DNA of 64,000 nucleotides from an uncultured Clostridia bacterium (GTDB lineage Bacteria; Bacillota; Clostridia; Lachnospirales; Lachnospiraceae): NCBI GenBank assembly GCA_947385955.1, contig CANDNA010000001.1, positions 167,065 to 231,064 of the forward strand, read 5' to 3'. Shown piece by piece: positions 62,526 to 64,000 of this stretch (position 1 is its first letter; each line of letters starts with the position of its first letter). The notes under the pieces were generated by a model. It saw only the letters and a program-made list of their open reading frames with translations, ran no database searches and was not told where the DNA came from. The position numbers and the translations under genes were made by a program.

Positions 62526-64000
62526 TCACTCTCTGTCCCATTTATCGCAGAGCGAATTGATCTGATCGGTAAATTTGGCCAGATCTTTGTTCGTCCCGCC
62601 TTCATTTCTTCTGATTACGCCCAGCAGCCTCTGCCCTGCAGCCAGCAGGCGTTCAAAGATATCGCTGGCTCTTGTTTTCTTCTTAACCGGTACAGGTTTG
62701 GCTGCATATTCACATGTATTGGTCAGCAGATCGTACCGGCTGCCGCTGTAAGGAGCAGAAGCGGTATATCCGTGTTCCTTTTCCAGGCATTCCCGGAATT
62801 CCTCACAGATACTGTCCTCCCCATGTACCACAAAGACCCGCTTGGGCTTCTGGATAAATCCGCCGATCCATTCCAGCAGTCCATTCTTGTCTGCATGGCC
62901 GCTCATGCCGGCCAGCTTGGCAATCCTGGCCCTCACCGTTATGGTTTCACCGAACAGCCTTACCTCCTCCGTACCGTCTACGATAATCCTGCCCAGCGTC
63001 CCCACTGCCTGATAACCCACGAACAGGATCGTACATTCCGGTCTCCACAGATTGTGTTTCAGATGATGCCGCACCCGTCCCGCATCACACATACCCGATG
63101 CTGACAGAATCACCTTGGGCATTTCATCAAAATTGATCATTTTGGATTCTTCACTGGTAATGGAAAGATGCAGCCCCGGAAACTGAATCGGATTGATGCC
63201 CTGATTGACCAGCGCCATCGCCTCTTCGTCAAAACAGGTGTAAATATTTTTATTGAAAATCCCGGTTGCTTCCACTGCCAGCGGGCTGTCCACATAAACC
63301 GGAAAATCAGGATAATTTTCCACCAGCCGTTCGGCTTTGATCTTTCTCAGGAAATAAAGCATCTCCTGTGTCCTCCCCACGGCAAAGGAAGGAATTACCA
63401 CATTGCCGCCTTTGGCAAAGGTTTCGCTCAGAATCCTGGTCAGCTCCATCACATAATCCGGCTTTTCCAGAGAATGCACTCTGTTGCCGTATGTAGATTC
63501 CATGACCACATAATCCGCTTCCTCCGTCATCTTCGGATCTTTGATCAGCGGCTGATTCTTGTTGCCGATGTCTCCTGAAAAAACGATCTTTCTCTGCTGT
63601 CCCCCTTCTTCCAGCCATACTTCAATGCTGGAAGAGCCCAGAAGATGCCCGATATCGGTAAAACGGAGCTGAATCCCTTCGCACAGATGGATCACCGTAT
63701 CATAATGGCAGGGTACGATACACCCTATGATACCGTCTGCATCCTCCATCGTATAGACCGGTTCTTCCACTTCCATTTTTGCATGGCGTTTGGCTTTCCG
63801 GTTCTTCCACTCTGCCTCCTGCATCTGGATATGGGCACAGTCACGCAGCATAATGCTGCACAGATCCGCACTGGCATCCGTCATCAGTACCCGTCCCCGG
63901 AATCCTCTTGCATACAAAAGCGGCAGCATACCGGAATGGTCGATATGTGCATGTGTCAGCAGCACATAGTCAATCAGACTTTCTTCTATGGGAAGCGGCG
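62526..64000 (-). CDS. MBL-fold metallo-hydrolase of the beta-CASP RNA-metabolising family (RNase J / CPSF-like). Partial: the N-terminus lies beyond the window edge.
   Basis: LTHAHIDHSG (HxHxDH) motif near the window edge. Downstream beta-CASP motifs and a C-terminal RNA-specificity region. Translation is open to position 64000. Confidence 0.7.
   Translation of the reverse strand, partial: PLPIEESLIDYVLLTHAHIDHSGMLPLLYARGFRGRVLMTDASADLCSIMLRDCAHIQMQEAEWKNRKAKRHAKMEVEEPVYTMEDADGIIGCIVPCHYDTVIHLCEGIQLRFTDIGHLLGSSSIEVWLEEGGQQRKIVFSGDIGNKNQPLIKDPKMTEEADYVVMESTYGNRVHSLEKPDYVMELTRILSETFAKGGNVVIPSFAVGRTQEMLYFLRKIKAERLVENYPDFPVYVDSPLAVEATGIFNKNIYTCFDEEAMALVNQGINPIQFPGLHLSITSEESKMINFDEMPKVILSASGMCDAGRVRHHLKHNLWRPECTILFVGYQAVGTLGRIIVDGTEEVRLFGETITVRARIAKLAGMSGHADKNGLLEWIGGFIQKPKRVFVVHGEDSICEEFRECLEKEHGYTASAPYSGSRYDLLTNTCEYAAKPVPVKKKTRASDIFERLLAAGQRLLGVIRRNEGGTNKDLAKFTDQINSLCDKWDRE

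Noticed and set aside
1-64000. CRISPR arrays, rRNA, tRNA
   Set aside because: No regularly spaced short direct repeats, no rRNA-like conserved stretches, and no tRNA-like structures were seen in the intergenic regions.

Overview
High-GC (~58-60%) Clostridia-like chromosomal window. (1) From position <1 to ~26,029 on the minus strand there is one long co-directional cluster encoding a contractile injection system (eCIS / phage-tail-like particle). It carries a sheath, two T4 gp19-like tube paralogs, a DUF4280 PAAR-like protein, a putative tape-measure protein with 27-nt tandem repeats, a gpD-like hub, a gp5/VgrG-like spike, a gp25/GPW protein and a baseplate-J protein. A further baseplate-distal protein runs off the left edge. 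No capsid, terminase, integrase, lysis genes or AAA+ ATPase are visible. The ATPase, cap and fibres may lie left of the window. Upstream in the same orientation sit six membrane or secreted proteins of unclear function: a TM plus coiled-coil protein, a TolC-like protein, a MORN-repeat protein, a sensor with a degenerate cyclase-like domain, and two hypotheticals. (2) The middle of the window is housekeeping and envelope genes: UDG family 4, a TPM / zinc-ribbon / TM2 / SPFH cluster, two LytTR-type two-component systems including an unusual REC-LytTR-REC-wHTH fused regulator, a repeat-rich surface protein, a clostripain-like C11 peptidase flanked by two secreted proteins sharing a C-terminal domain, a D-Ala-D-Ala carboxypeptidase, and tandem hybrid histidine kinases. 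(3) A ~3.5-kb low-GC (~30%) island at 54,396..57,862 is bounded by perfect 36-bp direct repeats that duplicate the 3' end of an S8 (Csp-like) subtilase gene. It carries a translationally coupled ABC-like ATPase plus HNH nuclease pair (Septu/PtuAB-like candidate anti-phage system) and an AlbA_2/wHTH protein. No integrase is present. (4) The right end has htpG preceded by a textbook CIRCE (HrcA) operator, DHFR, and a partial beta-CASP metallo-hydrolase. No rRNA, tRNA or CRISPR was seen.
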